A DNA stretch of 64,000 nucleotides from assembly GCA_963667785.2 (NCBI GenBank), contig CAXXMU010000002.1:416001-480000 (forward strand), in the 5' to 3' direction. Both the position numbers and the translations under genes were made by a program. The notes under the pieces were generated by a model. That model did no database searches and was not told the origin of the DNA. It saw only the letters and a list, made by a program, of their open reading frames with translations. Of the stretch, positions 17,286-26,224 are shown in pieces (the first letter of the stretch is position 1; every line of letters starts with the position of its first letter). Source of the DNA: Alphaproteobacteria bacterium (GTDB lineage Bacteria > Pseudomonadota > Alphaproteobacteria > UBA828).

Positions 17286-18092
17286 GTGGGCTGCGCCACC
17301 AACGAACGGTTCGTGACGATCCGCAGCGGCGGACGCATCTGGGCCGTCGGCGCCATCCACGGCGAGGCGGAGAGGCTGGCGGAGCTGCACGCCGCGCTCG
17401 AGGAGCGCTTCCAGTCCGGCGACCGCATCGTCTACCTCGGCAACTATCTCGGCCTCGGCACCGCGGTCGCCGCCACCCTCGACGAACTGGTCGCCTTTCG
17501 CAGCGCGCTCCTCGCGGTGCCCCACATGAACGTCTGCGACGTGGCCTACCTGCGCGGCAGCCAGGAGGAGATGTGGCAGAAGCTGTTCCAGCTTCACCTC
17601 TCCGTCGAGCCTGCCAGCGTGCTGCGCTGGATGCTGGAGCGCGGCGTGCGGGAGACGCTCGCGGCCTATGGCTGGGATGCCGGCGATGCCGAGGGGCGCG
17701 TCAGCAACGGCGCGCAGGAGATCGCCCGCTGGACCAACGAAATCCGCGCCAGGATGAGTCTGCACCCTGGCCATCAGGAGTTGCTCGGCAGCGTGCGACA
17801 GGCGGCGTTCACCGATGACGGCGCGCTGCTCTTCGTGAACGCGGGAGTCGATCCGACGCGTCCCATCGACGCGCAGAGAGACGCCTTCTGGTGGGGGAGC
17901 GAGCAACTGGAGACACTCACCCCACCCTTTGCCGGTTTCAAGAAGATCATCCGCGGCCACGATCCGTCGCAGGGCGGCGTGAGCCTCGACGACTATGTCG
18001 CGACGGTCGATGGCGGCGCGGGCTACGGTGGCTCGCTTGCCGCCGCCTGCTTCGATTCAGAGGGGCGTGCACTCGATCGCATAGAGGTGTAA
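17286..18092 (+). CDS. Metallophosphoesterase-fold protein with degenerate metal motifs (start uncertain)
   Basis: WAVGAIHGE, VYLGNYLG, LRGSQEEM, FVNAGVDP, IIRGHD align to the calcineurin-like motifs GDIHG, GDYIDRG, GNHE, HAG, GH. Confidence 0.7.
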   Translation: MGCATNERFVTIRSGGRIWAVGAIHGEAERLAELHAALEERFQSGDRIVYLGNYLGLGTAVAATLDELVAFRSALLAVPHMNVCDVAYLRGSQEEMWQKLFQLHLSVEPASVLRWMLERGVRETLAAYGWDAGDAEGRVSNGAQEIARWTNEIRARMSLHPGHQELLGSVRQAAFTDDGALLFVNAGVDPTRPIDAQRDAFWWGSEQLETLTPPFAGFKKIIRGHDPSQGGVSLDDYVATVDGGAGYGGSLAAACFDSEGRALDRIEV

Positions 18093-18127
18093 GAGCGAAG
18101 ATCGCCAGCGACAGCGGAGGGAGCGCC

Positions 18128-19213
18128 ATGGACACCCGCGTGCGACCGGCCGAGGGCGTCGACGCTGCGATCTCCGAGCGGATGCACGAGTCCACGGTGT
18201 GGGCCCTGCCGGCCCGGTGGTACGCCGATCCCGCGATCTACCAGGCGGAACGGCAGCACATCTTCGCCCGCCACTGGCTCTGGATCGGCCGCGAGGGCGA
18301 GGTGGCCGAGCCGGGCCAGTACCTGACGGCTGCCCCCGCCGGTTTTCCGATCTTCGTGCGCCGCGCCGAGGACGGTGTACTGCACGGCTTTCACAATGTC
18401 TGCCGGCACCGGGCGTCGAAATTGCTGACGGAGCCGAGCGGCCGCTGCAACACCATCGAATGCCCCTATCACGGCTGGCGCTACCGCTCGGACGGTGCGC
18501 TGGACCACGTGCCGCTGTTCGGCGAGGCGCCGGACTTTCCGAAGGGCGAGCTGTCCCTCTACCCCGTCTCCGTCGATGTCTGGCGCGGCCTCGTCTTCGT
18601 GTGCATGGACGAGGATGCGCCGCCGCTCGCCGAGTGGCTCGGCCCCGTAGAGGACTCGGTCGAGCGGACCGCGCCGGAGCGGGCCAGCTTCGGGCGGGAA
18701 GTGCAGTTCCTTGTCCGCTGCAACTGGAAGACCTATGTCGACAATTATCAGGAGGGCTACCACATTCCGCCGCTGCACCCGGGATTGCACCGCGACCTGG
18801 ACTGGAAGCGCTACCGGGTCATCAATTTCCATGGCGGGAGCCTCCACGAGGCGCCGGCGAAAGGGAACTCGAATCATCCCGGTAGCTACGGGTGGCGATT
18901 CCCCAATTTCACCTTCAACTCATACCCGGACGGACTTTCCTTCATGCGGATGGAGCCGGTCGGTCACGCGGAAACGCGTCTCGTCTATAACTTTTGGCAG
19001 CCGGACTCGGTGAGTGCGGAGGACTTCGAGGCGACGGTGGCTTACGGCAGACTCATCGGGGAGGAGGATCAATGGATCGTTCCGCTGATCCAGGAGAACC
19101 TAGAGGCCGGCATCTACGATCGCGGCCCGCTGAGCCCGCGTCACGAGAACGGCCTGTTCTACTTCCACGAGATGGTGCGGGAGGCCGTCGGCTCCGCAGC
19201 GCCAGGCGACTGA
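18128..19213 (+). CDS. Rieske non-heme iron oxygenase alpha subunit (choline/carnitine monooxygenase-like)
   Basis: Rieske NVCRHR...ECPYHGW; mononuclear Fe site NWK.YVDNYQEGYHIPPLH...EDQ. Confidence 0.9.
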   Translation: MDTRVRPAEGVDAAISERMHESTVWALPARWYADPAIYQAERQHIFARHWLWIGREGEVAEPGQYLTAAPAGFPIFVRRAEDGVLHGFHNVCRHRASKLLTEPSGRCNTIECPYHGWRYRSDGALDHVPLFGEAPDFPKGELSLYPVSVDVWRGLVFVCMDEDAPPLAEWLGPVEDSVERTAPERASFGREVQFLVRCNWKTYVDNYQEGYHIPPLHPGLHRDLDWKRYRVINFHGGSLHEAPAKGNSNHPGSYGWRFPNFTFNSYPDGLSFMRMEPVGHAETRLVYNFWQPDSVSAEDFEATVAYGRLIGEEDQWIVPLIQENLEAGIYDRGPLSPRHENGLFYFHEMVREAVGSAAPGD

Positions 19214-20313
19214 CGCGCTCCATCCGCGTCACCTGGGACGACGGCGTCGCAGGGACCTTCCACCATGTCTGGCTGAGGGACAATTGCGGCTGTCCGCTGT
19301 GCCGGCACCCGCAGACACTAGAGCGGATCCTCGATCCTCTCGCTGTGCCGCCGGATCTCGACGCGGCGTCGGTCGCGCTCGCCGACGACGGCGGGCTCCG
19401 GGTCGAGTGGCGGCCCGAGGGTCATGTCAGCGTCTACGCCGCCGGCTGGCTCAGGATCCATCACGAGAGGGGCGCCGACAGCCCGACCTGCCGTCCGGCA
19501 CCCGCGACCTGGGGCGCGGAGCTCTCGGACGCCATGCCAAGCGCGGACTACGATGCGGTCAGCGGCAGCGACGCCGCCCTCCTCGACTGGCTCCTCTCAT
19601 TGCGGGACCGCGGCGTTGCCGTCCTGCGCGGCACCCCGCGCGAGCCGCTCTCCGTGTTCGCGCTCGCGCGGCTCATCGGCCCGGTGCGGGCGACCAATTT
19701 CGGCGAGCACTTCGACGTGGTCTCGATGCCCGATCCCAACAGCAACGCCTACACGGCGCTCGGGCTGCTCTGCCACACCGATCTGCCCAACTGGGAGCGG
19801 CCGCCCGACTACCAGCTCCTGCACTGCCTGGAGAATGGCGCCGAGGGCGGCGACTCGCTCCTCGTGGACGGCTTCGCGGCGGCCGAGACGCTGCGCCGGC
19901 GCGATCCGGCCGCCTTCCGGCTGCTCAGCCGGCACCCGATCGACTTCCGCTTCCAGGACCGGGTCTCGGACATCCGCTACCGCGCGCTCACCATCGGCCT
20001 GGACGAGGCCGGCGCGGTCGAGGAGGTGCGATTCAACTTTGCCGTGATGGGCGCGGTCAGCGCGCCTGCGCAACGCACCGGCGCGCTCTGCCGCGCGCTG
20101 CGCGCCTTCGCCGCGGTGATCCGCGACCCGGCGCTGGAATGCCGCTATCCTCTGCGCGCAGGCGAGCTCCTGGTGTTCGACAACCGGCGCGTGCTGCACG
20201 GACGGACGGCGTTCGATCCCTCGACCGGGCGTCGCCACCTGCAGGGCTGCTACGTGGACCGTGACCAGCTCCTGAGCCGCATCCGCGTCCTGTCGCGCAC
20301 CACCGTGCAGTAG
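19210..20313 (+). CDS. Gamma-butyrobetaine dioxygenase-like TauD/TfdA 2OG oxygenase (start uncertain, probably CTG 19210)
   Basis: N-terminal Zn module HHVWLRDNCGCPLCRH...EGHVS; AYT.LGLLCHTDLP; FDNRRVLHGRTAF; RHLQGCYVD. Confidence 0.88.
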   Translation: MTRSIRVTWDDGVAGTFHHVWLRDNCGCPLCRHPQTLERILDPLAVPPDLDAASVALADDGGLRVEWRPEGHVSVYAAGWLRIHHERGADSPTCRPAPATWGAELSDAMPSADYDAVSGSDAALLDWLLSLRDRGVAVLRGTPREPLSVFALARLIGPVRATNFGEHFDVVSMPDPNSNAYTALGLLCHTDLPNWERPPDYQLLHCLENGAEGGDSLLVDGFAAAETLRRRDPAAFRLLSRHPIDFRFQDRVSDIRYRALTIGLDEAGAVEEVRFNFAVMGAVSAPAQRTGALCRALRAFAAVIRDPALECRYPLRAGELLVFDNRRVLHGRTAFDPSTGRRHLQGCYVDRDQLLSRIRVLSRTTVQ

Positions 20314-20487
20314 AGCGTATCCGTCTGTGACGGATAGGCGACAGGCCGCGACCGCGGCCCGCCGCTCATGCGGCGCGCCCGCATCGTGCGCTCCGCGCGC
20401 GTGGACGCGCGACGGCGCCGGCCGCAGGCCGGCTGCCGTGAGCGACAAAGAGCAAGAGCGTTTCCGAGTGAAACGGAAACGCTCTTG
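20311..20487. repeat. Palindromic RIME/BRU-RS-like intergenic element between convergent genes (may act as bidirectional terminator)
   Basis: Starts TAGAGCG; hairpin TATCCGTC/GACGGATA (20318-20336); perfect 14-bp hairpin CAAGAGCGTTTCCG/CGGAAACGCTCTTG (20453-20487). Confidence 0.55.
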
Positions 20488-20507
20488 ACGGCGGGAGGCG
20501 CGACGCC

Positions 20508-21473
20508 TCAGTTGAACTCGCGCTCCAGCGCCTCGGCGAGCTCGAAGATGTCCACGCAGGCGCCGTGGTGGGCGACGTTGAAGATGGGCGCCTCCGGGTC
20601 GGTGTTGACCGCGATGATGGTGTCCACGTGCTTCATCCCGGCCAGGTGCTGGACCGCGCCGGAGATGCCGAGCGCGAGGTAGAGTGAGCAGTTGGCCGCG
20701 ATCGTGCCGGATTGCCCCACCTGGTGCGCCTTCGGCAGCCAGCCCGAATCCGCAACCGGGCGGGAGCAGCCGAGCGTGGCGCCCAGCCGCTCCGCGAGCG
20801 CCGCGAACTGCGGCAGGTTCGTGTCCTCCCCGAGGGCGCGCCCAACGGAGAGGATGAACTCGGCCTTGCCGATGTCCACGTCGGCCGGCGGCGCCGGGAG
20901 ATAGTCGATGTGGCGGCCGGTGCCGGCAACGGGCTCCGCCTTGATCGCAAAGGGGACGACCGCCGCGCCGCCGGGCTCTTCCGCCGCCTTGAAGGTCGCG
21001 CCCCGGAGCGTCAGCACGACCACGGGCTTGCCGGGGAAGGCGAGGTCCATCGCCACCTTGCCGCCGTAGCCGCCCCGGCTGGCGACGAGCTCGCCGCCCT
21101 GGAGCGCGAGCCCGAAGACGTCGGAAGCGAAGCCCGAGCCGAGCCGGGCGGCCACGGCCGGGCCGAAGGCCATGCCGGCGGCGGTGTGGCCGACCAGCAC
21201 GAGGCGGGCCTGGCGCGCTTCGGCCACGGCGCACGCGGCCTCCTCGTAGAGCGCGGGGTCGAAGTGCGGATCGGATGCCGCGACCGTGACGACCTCGTCG
21301 ACGCCCGCCCGGTTGGCCGCATCGGCCAGCGCCCCTGTGTCGTCCCCGATGACGAGCACGGCGAGCGGACCGCCGAAATCGTCCTTCAGCGCCGCCGCGG
21401 CGCCGATCATTTCCTGCGTGATGTCGCGCAGCGCGCCGTCGAAATGCTCGGCGACGACCAGGATGCCGGCCAT
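20508..21473 (-). CDS. etfA: Electron transfer flavoprotein alpha subunit
   Basis: MAGILVVAEH; SVGRA; LGCSRPVAD.GW; QVGQSG; LGISGAVQHLAGM; AVNTDPEAPIF. Confidence 0.95.
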   Translation of the reverse strand: MAGILVVAEHFDGALRDITQEMIGAAAALKDDFGGPLAVLVIGDDTGALADAANRAGVDEVVTVAASDPHFDPALYEEAACAVAEARQARLVLVGHTAAGMAFGPAVAARLGSGFASDVFGLALQGGELVASRGGYGGKVAMDLAFPGKPVVVLTLRGATFKAAEEPGGAAVVPFAIKAEPVAGTGRHIDYLPAPPADVDIGKAEFILSVGRALGEDTNLPQFAALAERLGATLGCSRPVADSGWLPKAHQVGQSGTIAANCSLYLALGISGAVQHLAGMKHVDTIIAVNTDPEAPIFNVAHHGACVDIFELAEALEREFN

Positions 21474-24400
21474 CACGCCTCTCCCCGCTTCTCGCGAATG
21501 ATCCCGGCGATGGCTGCGGCGACCGCCGCCGCGTCGCCCTCGATCATCGCCGCGCGGCCGCTCTTGGGCGGCTCGTAGAGCCGGCGCACCACCGCGCCCG
21601 CCTGGTCGAGGCCGACGCCAGCGCCGTCCACCACGGCGACGGGCTTCTTCTTCGCCTGCTTGATCATGCGCATGGTGGCGTAGCGCGGCGTGTTGCCGCC
21701 GGTCTGAATCGTGAGCAGCGCCGGCGCCGGGAGCGCAAGCTGCTGGCGCATGCCGCCCTCGAGCTCGCGGGTCACGGTCATCGTCTCGCCGCCGTCCCAG
21801 TCGATACCGAGGACCACGGCCGCATGGGGCACGCCGAGGACGCGGGCCAGCGCCGAGCCGGTGGCGCCGTGGCCGAGGTCGGCCGACTGCGCGCCGGTCA
21901 TGATGATGTCCGGCGCCTCCTGCTCGGCGACGCCCGCCAGCACGCGGGCGACGGTCACCGGGTCGGCGTCGCGCAGCGTCTCGTCCCAGACCCGGACGCC
22001 CCGGTGGGCGCCCTTGGCGAGAGCCCGGCGCAAGGTGTCCTCGACATCCTCGGGGCCGATGGTGACCGCGACCACCTCGCCCGCGCCGAGCTTCTCGGTC
22101 AGCAGCAGCGCCTCCTCGAGCGCCGCCTCGTCCCACTCGTTGAGCTCGTGCTCGAAGTGCTCGTCGGCGATGGTGCGCGCCTCCTCGTCGATGACGAAGT
22201 CCGCGTTGAGCTCGCCCACGCGCTTGACGGCGACGAGCACGCGGGGGCCGTCCTTCGCCGGCACCTCGTAAGGAGGCAGCGTCGCCGCGCCGACCGGCGC
22301 CGGGCGCCAGGGGCCGGCGTCCGCCGCCGGCGTCTCCGGCCCGGCTTCCGCTGCGGGCGCCTCTCGCGCGGCGGGCTGTGGGGCGGCGGCGAGCGCAGGC
22401 GCGCGCTCGGAAAGATCCTGCGCCACCCTGTCGGCCACGGCGTCGGCGAGGCGATCGGCCAGCCGTTCCGCCACGGCGTCGGCGATACGGGCGGCGGCGG
22501 CATCGGCGATGCGATCGACCAGCGCCGGCACCTCCTTGAGGTCGATGCTCTTCAGATCGATCGCCTCTGCCACCAGCTCCGCCAGGTCCTGAACGACGAA
22601 GTCGCTCTCGTGGCCGCTGGTCTTGCGGGCGTCCTCGAACATGGTCATGTCCTTGGGGCAACAGACGACGAAGGCGTCGAGATTACCGAGAGACGCCGCC
22701 TCGTGCATCCGGTTCTCCGCAGGCTTCTCCTTGCCCACCGGATCGGGCATCCAGATGCGCCCCCCGCCGGCTCCGCAGCAGAACGAATTGTCGCGGCAAC
22801 GCGGCATGTCGACGAGCTCGCAGCCGATCAGCTCCAGCACCCGGCGCGGCTCGTCGTAGTGGCCGTTGAGCCGGCCCAGATGGCAGGGATCGTGCAGCGT
22901 CACCCGTCTGCCGAGCGGCTTGGTCACGGTGAGCCGCCCGCTCTCCAGCAGCTCGGCGAGAACGCTGGTGTAGTGGCGGATGGGCGCGACATCGCCGAAG
23001 TCCGGATACTCGTTGCGGATGGTGTTGTAGCTGTGGGGATCGGTGGTCACGATGGCGTCGAACTGCTTTGCCTCCGCCATCGCGCCCAGATTGTGCTCCG
23101 CGAGGGATTCGAAGAGGCCCTCTTCGCCGACCCGGCGCACGTCGTTGCCGGCTGTCCGCTCGGCCTCGTGGAGCAGGCCGAAGTCGAGGCCGGCGACGCG
23201 GAAGAGGCGCGCCACGGTGCGCGAGACCTCCTGGTTGCGCGGATCGTAGGAGGCGTAGTCGCCGACGAACCAGAGGTGGTCGGCCGGCTCCTCGCGGATG
23301 TCCTTCACCGGGAACTCGAGCGCCGCGGTCCAGCCGGCACGGGTGCGCGGGCTCTCGCCGAAGCTGTTGCCGCGGTTGGCGATCATGTCGAGGGTATCGC
23401 GCAACTGCTGCTCCATGGTGCCGTCCTCGACCAGCCGGCGCCGCATCTGCACGATCATCGGCGGGTGCTCGATGCCCACCGGGCAGATCTCCATGCAGGC
23501 GCCGCAGGAGCGGCAGGACCAGAGCGTCTCCGCCTCGATCACGTCGCCGATGAGCGAAAGTCCCGCGTCCTCTCCCGGCCGGAAGGCACTGCGTGCCGCA
23601 TGGGTGCGCAGATCGAGGATCAGGTCGCGCGGGCTGAGCGGCGCGCCGCTGGCGGTGGCGGGGCAGGCCTCGTGGCAGCGGCCGCACTTGGTGCAGGCGT
23701 CGAGGTTTAGCAGGTCCTTCCACGAGAACTGCGCGATGCTGCCGAAGCCGACCTCGGGCTCGACGTCGTTCCCATCCACCGCGGCGGCGGCGCCTGCGGA
23801 CTCCGGGCGGGGCATCGGGAGGCGGCTGAGCGCGTTCGCGTCGCGGGTCGAGAGCGAGCCGAGCACGGCGATCAGGTGCTTCGCCTTGGTCCACGGGATC
23901 GCGGCGATGAAGGCCAAAGCGGCGATGCCGTGAATCCACCAGTTGGCGCGGCGCACGGCGGCCGCGGCGGCCTCGTCCATGCCGAGCCCCAGGAATATCT
24001 GGGCGAGCACCCAGCCCACCGGCGACCACGCCCCCCAGGCGGGCTGGTCCATGGCGAGCCGCACCCCTTCCTGGAGGAAGCCCGTCAGCGCGATCAGCAG
24101 CAGCGCCCAGAGGAAGAGCGCGTCGTCCCTGAGCCAGGCGCGGGCGCGGGGTCGTTCTTCCGTCTCGCCGCGGTAGTCCCGGCGGTAGGCGAGCTTGGCG
24201 GGACGGACCTTCCAGCGCCGCCACATCATGTAGACGCAGCCGGCGATCAGCCCGAGGCCGGCGAGGTCGGCGATCAGGCTGAAGACGAGGTAGAAGGTGC
24301 CGTGCCAGAAGGTGAAGCCGAAGAACGGCTCCGAGATGTCGTACTCGACCGTGATGATGCTGGTCGCGGCCAGCAGCAGGAGGAAGCCGTACATGATCGG

Positions 24401-24643
24401 CGTGTGCGCGTGGCCGGCGGCACGGTCACGTCGGTGCACCGTCCGCTGCGAGCCGACGTCGAAGATCATGCGCCAGAAGCCGCGCCAGGGGCGGACCGGA
24501 ACCGGGCTCCGGCGCGCGCGGGCGTAGCGCCAGACATGCCAGCCGACGCCTGCCGCCGCCACCGCCATTGCGGCACCCGCCACCACGAAGAAGAGGGTGT
24601 GGCCTAGGGAGGTGATCTCCCAGAAGAGCTCGCGGGTTTCCAC
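21473..24643 (-). CDS. Membrane Fe-S oxidoreductase (NarI-like TM + 2x4Fe-4S + CCG domains; FadF/EtfD-like) fused to EtfB
   Basis: TM helices; CTKCGRCHEACP and CRSCGACMEICP; HDPCHLGR and CCGAGGG; Ala-rich linker; then EtfB VLVAVKRV...NEWDEAALEEAL...LAKGA...GAQSAD...PRYAT. Confidence 0.9.
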   Translation of the reverse strand: METRELFWEITSLGHTLFFVVAGAAMAVAAAGVGWHVWRYARARRSPVPVRPWRGFWRMIFDVGSQRTVHRRDRAAGHAHTPIMYGFLLLLAATSIITVEYDISEPFFGFTFWHGTFYLVFSLIADLAGLGLIAGCVYMMWRRWKVRPAKLAYRRDYRGETEERPRARAWLRDDALFLWALLLIALTGFLQEGVRLAMDQPAWGAWSPVGWVLAQIFLGLGMDEAAAAAVRRANWWIHGIAALAFIAAIPWTKAKHLIAVLGSLSTRDANALSRLPMPRPESAGAAAAVDGNDVEPEVGFGSIAQFSWKDLLNLDACTKCGRCHEACPATASGAPLSPRDLILDLRTHAARSAFRPGEDAGLSLIGDVIEAETLWSCRSCGACMEICPVGIEHPPMIVQMRRRLVEDGTMEQQLRDTLDMIANRGNSFGESPRTRAGWTAALEFPVKDIREEPADHLWFVGDYASYDPRNQEVSRTVARLFRVAGLDFGLLHEAERTAGNDVRRVGEEGLFESLAEHNLGAMAEAKQFDAIVTTDPHSYNTIRNEYPDFGDVAPIRHYTSVLAELLESGRLTVTKPLGRRVTLHDPCHLGRLNGHYDEPRRVLELIGCELVDMPRCRDNSFCCGAGGGRIWMPDPVGKEKPAENRMHEAASLGNLDAFVVCCPKDMTMFEDARKTSGHESDFVVQDLAELVAEAIDLKSIDLKEVPALVDRIADAAAARIADAVAERLADRLADAVADRVAQDLSERAPALAAAPQPAAREAPAAEAGPETPAADAGPWRPAPVGAATLPPYEVPAKDGPRVLVAVKRVGELNADFVIDEEARTIADEHFEHELNEWDEAALEEALLLTEKLGAGEVVAVTIGPEDVEDTLRRALAKGAHRGVRVWDETLRDADPVTVARVLAGVAEQEAPDIIMTGAQSADLGHGATGSALARVLGVPHAAVVLGIDWDGGETMTVTRELEGGMRQQLALPAPALLTIQTGGNTPRYATMRMIKQAKKKPVAVVDGAGVGLDQAGAVVRRLYEPPKSGRAAMIEGDAAAVAAAIAGIIREKRGEA

Positions 24644-24667
24644 GCGATCACCGGACCGGTTCGGCTC

Positions 24668-25375
24668 CTAGCCGCCGAGATACACCTTGCGGACATGCTC
24701 GTCTTCGTGAATCCGCTGCGCCTCGCCCTCGAGGGCGACGCGGCCGGTCTCGAGCACGTAGGCGTAGCGCGCGAGCTTGAGCGCCAGTTCGGCATTCTGC
24801 TCGACCAGCACGACGGGCACACCGCGGGAGTTGATGTCGACGATGATCTTCGCGATCTCCTGCACCATCACCGGCGAAAGGCCGAGGGAGGGCTCGTCGA
24901 GCAGCAGCAGCTTCGGGCGCGCCATGAGAGCGCGGCCGATCGCCAGCATCTGCTGCTCGCCGCCGGAGAGGGTCTTGCCGTACTGGGTGCGCCGCTCCCT
25001 GAGGCGCGGAAAGCGCTCGTAGACTTTCTCGAGGTCCTGCCTGATCGCGCTCTTGTCGCGCCTGAGGAAGGCGCCCGTGTTCAGGTTCTCGTAGACGGTG
25101 AGCTCGGGGAAGACATGGCGGCCTTCGGGCACGTGGGCGATGCCGAGCTTGACCACCTCGTCCGGCTGCAGCGTGTCGATGCGCGTGCCGTCGAACCAGA
25201 TCTCGCCCGCACTGGCGCGGACCAGGCCCGAGACCGTGCGCAGCGTCGTGCTCTTGCCGGCGCCGTTGGCCCCGATCAGGGTCACGATGTCGCCCTCGCC
25301 GACCTCCATCGAGACCCCGCGCAGCGCCGTCACCTTGTTGTAGTGGACGGTGAGAGACTTGATCTCGAACAGCAT
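24668..25375 (-). CDS. livF: Branched-chain amino acid ABC transporter ATPase (LivF-like)
   Basis: GANGAGKST, HVPEGR, LSGGEQQMLAIGRALM, LLLDEPSLGL, LVEQN. Confidence 0.9.
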   Translation of the reverse strand: MLFEIKSLTVHYNKVTALRGVSMEVGEGDIVTLIGANGAGKSTTLRTVSGLVRASAGEIWFDGTRIDTLQPDEVVKLGIAHVPEGRHVFPELTVYENLNTGAFLRRDKSAIRQDLEKVYERFPRLRERRTQYGKTLSGGEQQMLAIGRALMARPKLLLLDEPSLGLSPVMVQEIAKIIVDINSRGVPVVLVEQNAELALKLARYAYVLETGRVALEGEAQRIHEDEHVRKVYLGG

Positions 25376-26128
25376 TCAGGCGGTTCCCAGATAGGCTTCG
25401 ATCACGGCCGGGTCGGCGCGAATCTCGGCGGGCGTTCCCTCCGCCAGCAGCTCGCCGAAGCTCAGCACCGTGATCTGGTCGCAGAGCCCCATCACCGCCT
25501 GCATGTCGTGCTCCACCAGGAGGATGGTGACTCCCTGGCCGCGCACCCGCTCGACCAGCTCCATCATCCGCCGCGTCTCTTCGGGATTCATGCCGGTGAA
25601 CGGCTCGTCCAGCAGTATCAGCTTCGGCTCGGCGGCGAGAGCCACGGCGATGCCGAGGGCACGCTGATGGCCGTGCGGCAGGTTGACGGTCTCGTCGTCG
25701 CGCCGGTCGTCCAGGCCCATGAACTCGAGGATTTCCCCGGCCCGTTCCGCCGTCTGCTGTTCGGCCCGCCGGCTGGTGCCGAGCAGCGCGCTGATCGGCC
25801 CCACGCCGGATCGCAGGTGGCAGCCGACGAGCACGTTCTCGAAGACGGAGAGCTCCTGGAAGAGGGTCGTCGCCTGAAACGTGCGGACGACGCCGCGCGC
25901 CGCGATCCGGCTCGGGCGCAGGCCGGAGATCCGGCGGCCGCCGAAGACAATCTCGCCCGCGGTCGGCTTGTAGAACCCGCTGATGACGTTGAAGGTCGTC
26001 GTCTTGCCGGCGCCGTTGGGGCCGATCAGTCCGTGAATCCTGGCCTCCTCGACGGTGAAGGAGAGGCCGTTCACGGCGGCGAGGCCGCCGAAATGGCGAG
26101 ACAATTCGCGAACTTCGAGCAGGCTCAT
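25376..26128 (-). CDS. livG: Branched-chain amino acid ABC transporter ATPase (LivG-like)
   Basis: FGGLAAV, GPNGAGKTT, RTFQ, LLDEP, LVEHDM, VIEAYLG. Confidence 0.9.
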   Translation of the reverse strand: MSLLEVRELSRHFGGLAAVNGLSFTVEEARIHGLIGPNGAGKTTTFNVISGFYKPTAGEIVFGGRRISGLRPSRIAARGVVRTFQATTLFQELSVFENVLVGCHLRSGVGPISALLGTSRRAEQQTAERAGEILEFMGLDDRRDDETVNLPHGHQRALGIAVALAAEPKLILLDEPFTGMNPEETRRMMELVERVRGQGVTILLVEHDMQAVMGLCDQITVLSFGELLAEGTPAEIRADPAVIEAYLGTA

Positions 26129-26224
26129 CGGCGCTGCCATCCCTGGGACCCGCGGCGGTGCCGCCCGGCGAATCCTAGTCGCGCGCAGCGGCCGGCGCCA
26201 GAGCGGATCGTCGACGACACGGAC

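Noticed and set aside
20508-22661. 717-aa ORF suggesting a long EtfA
   Set aside because: The upstream part is an off-frame shadow of the EtfB fusion; EtfA starts at ATG 21473.
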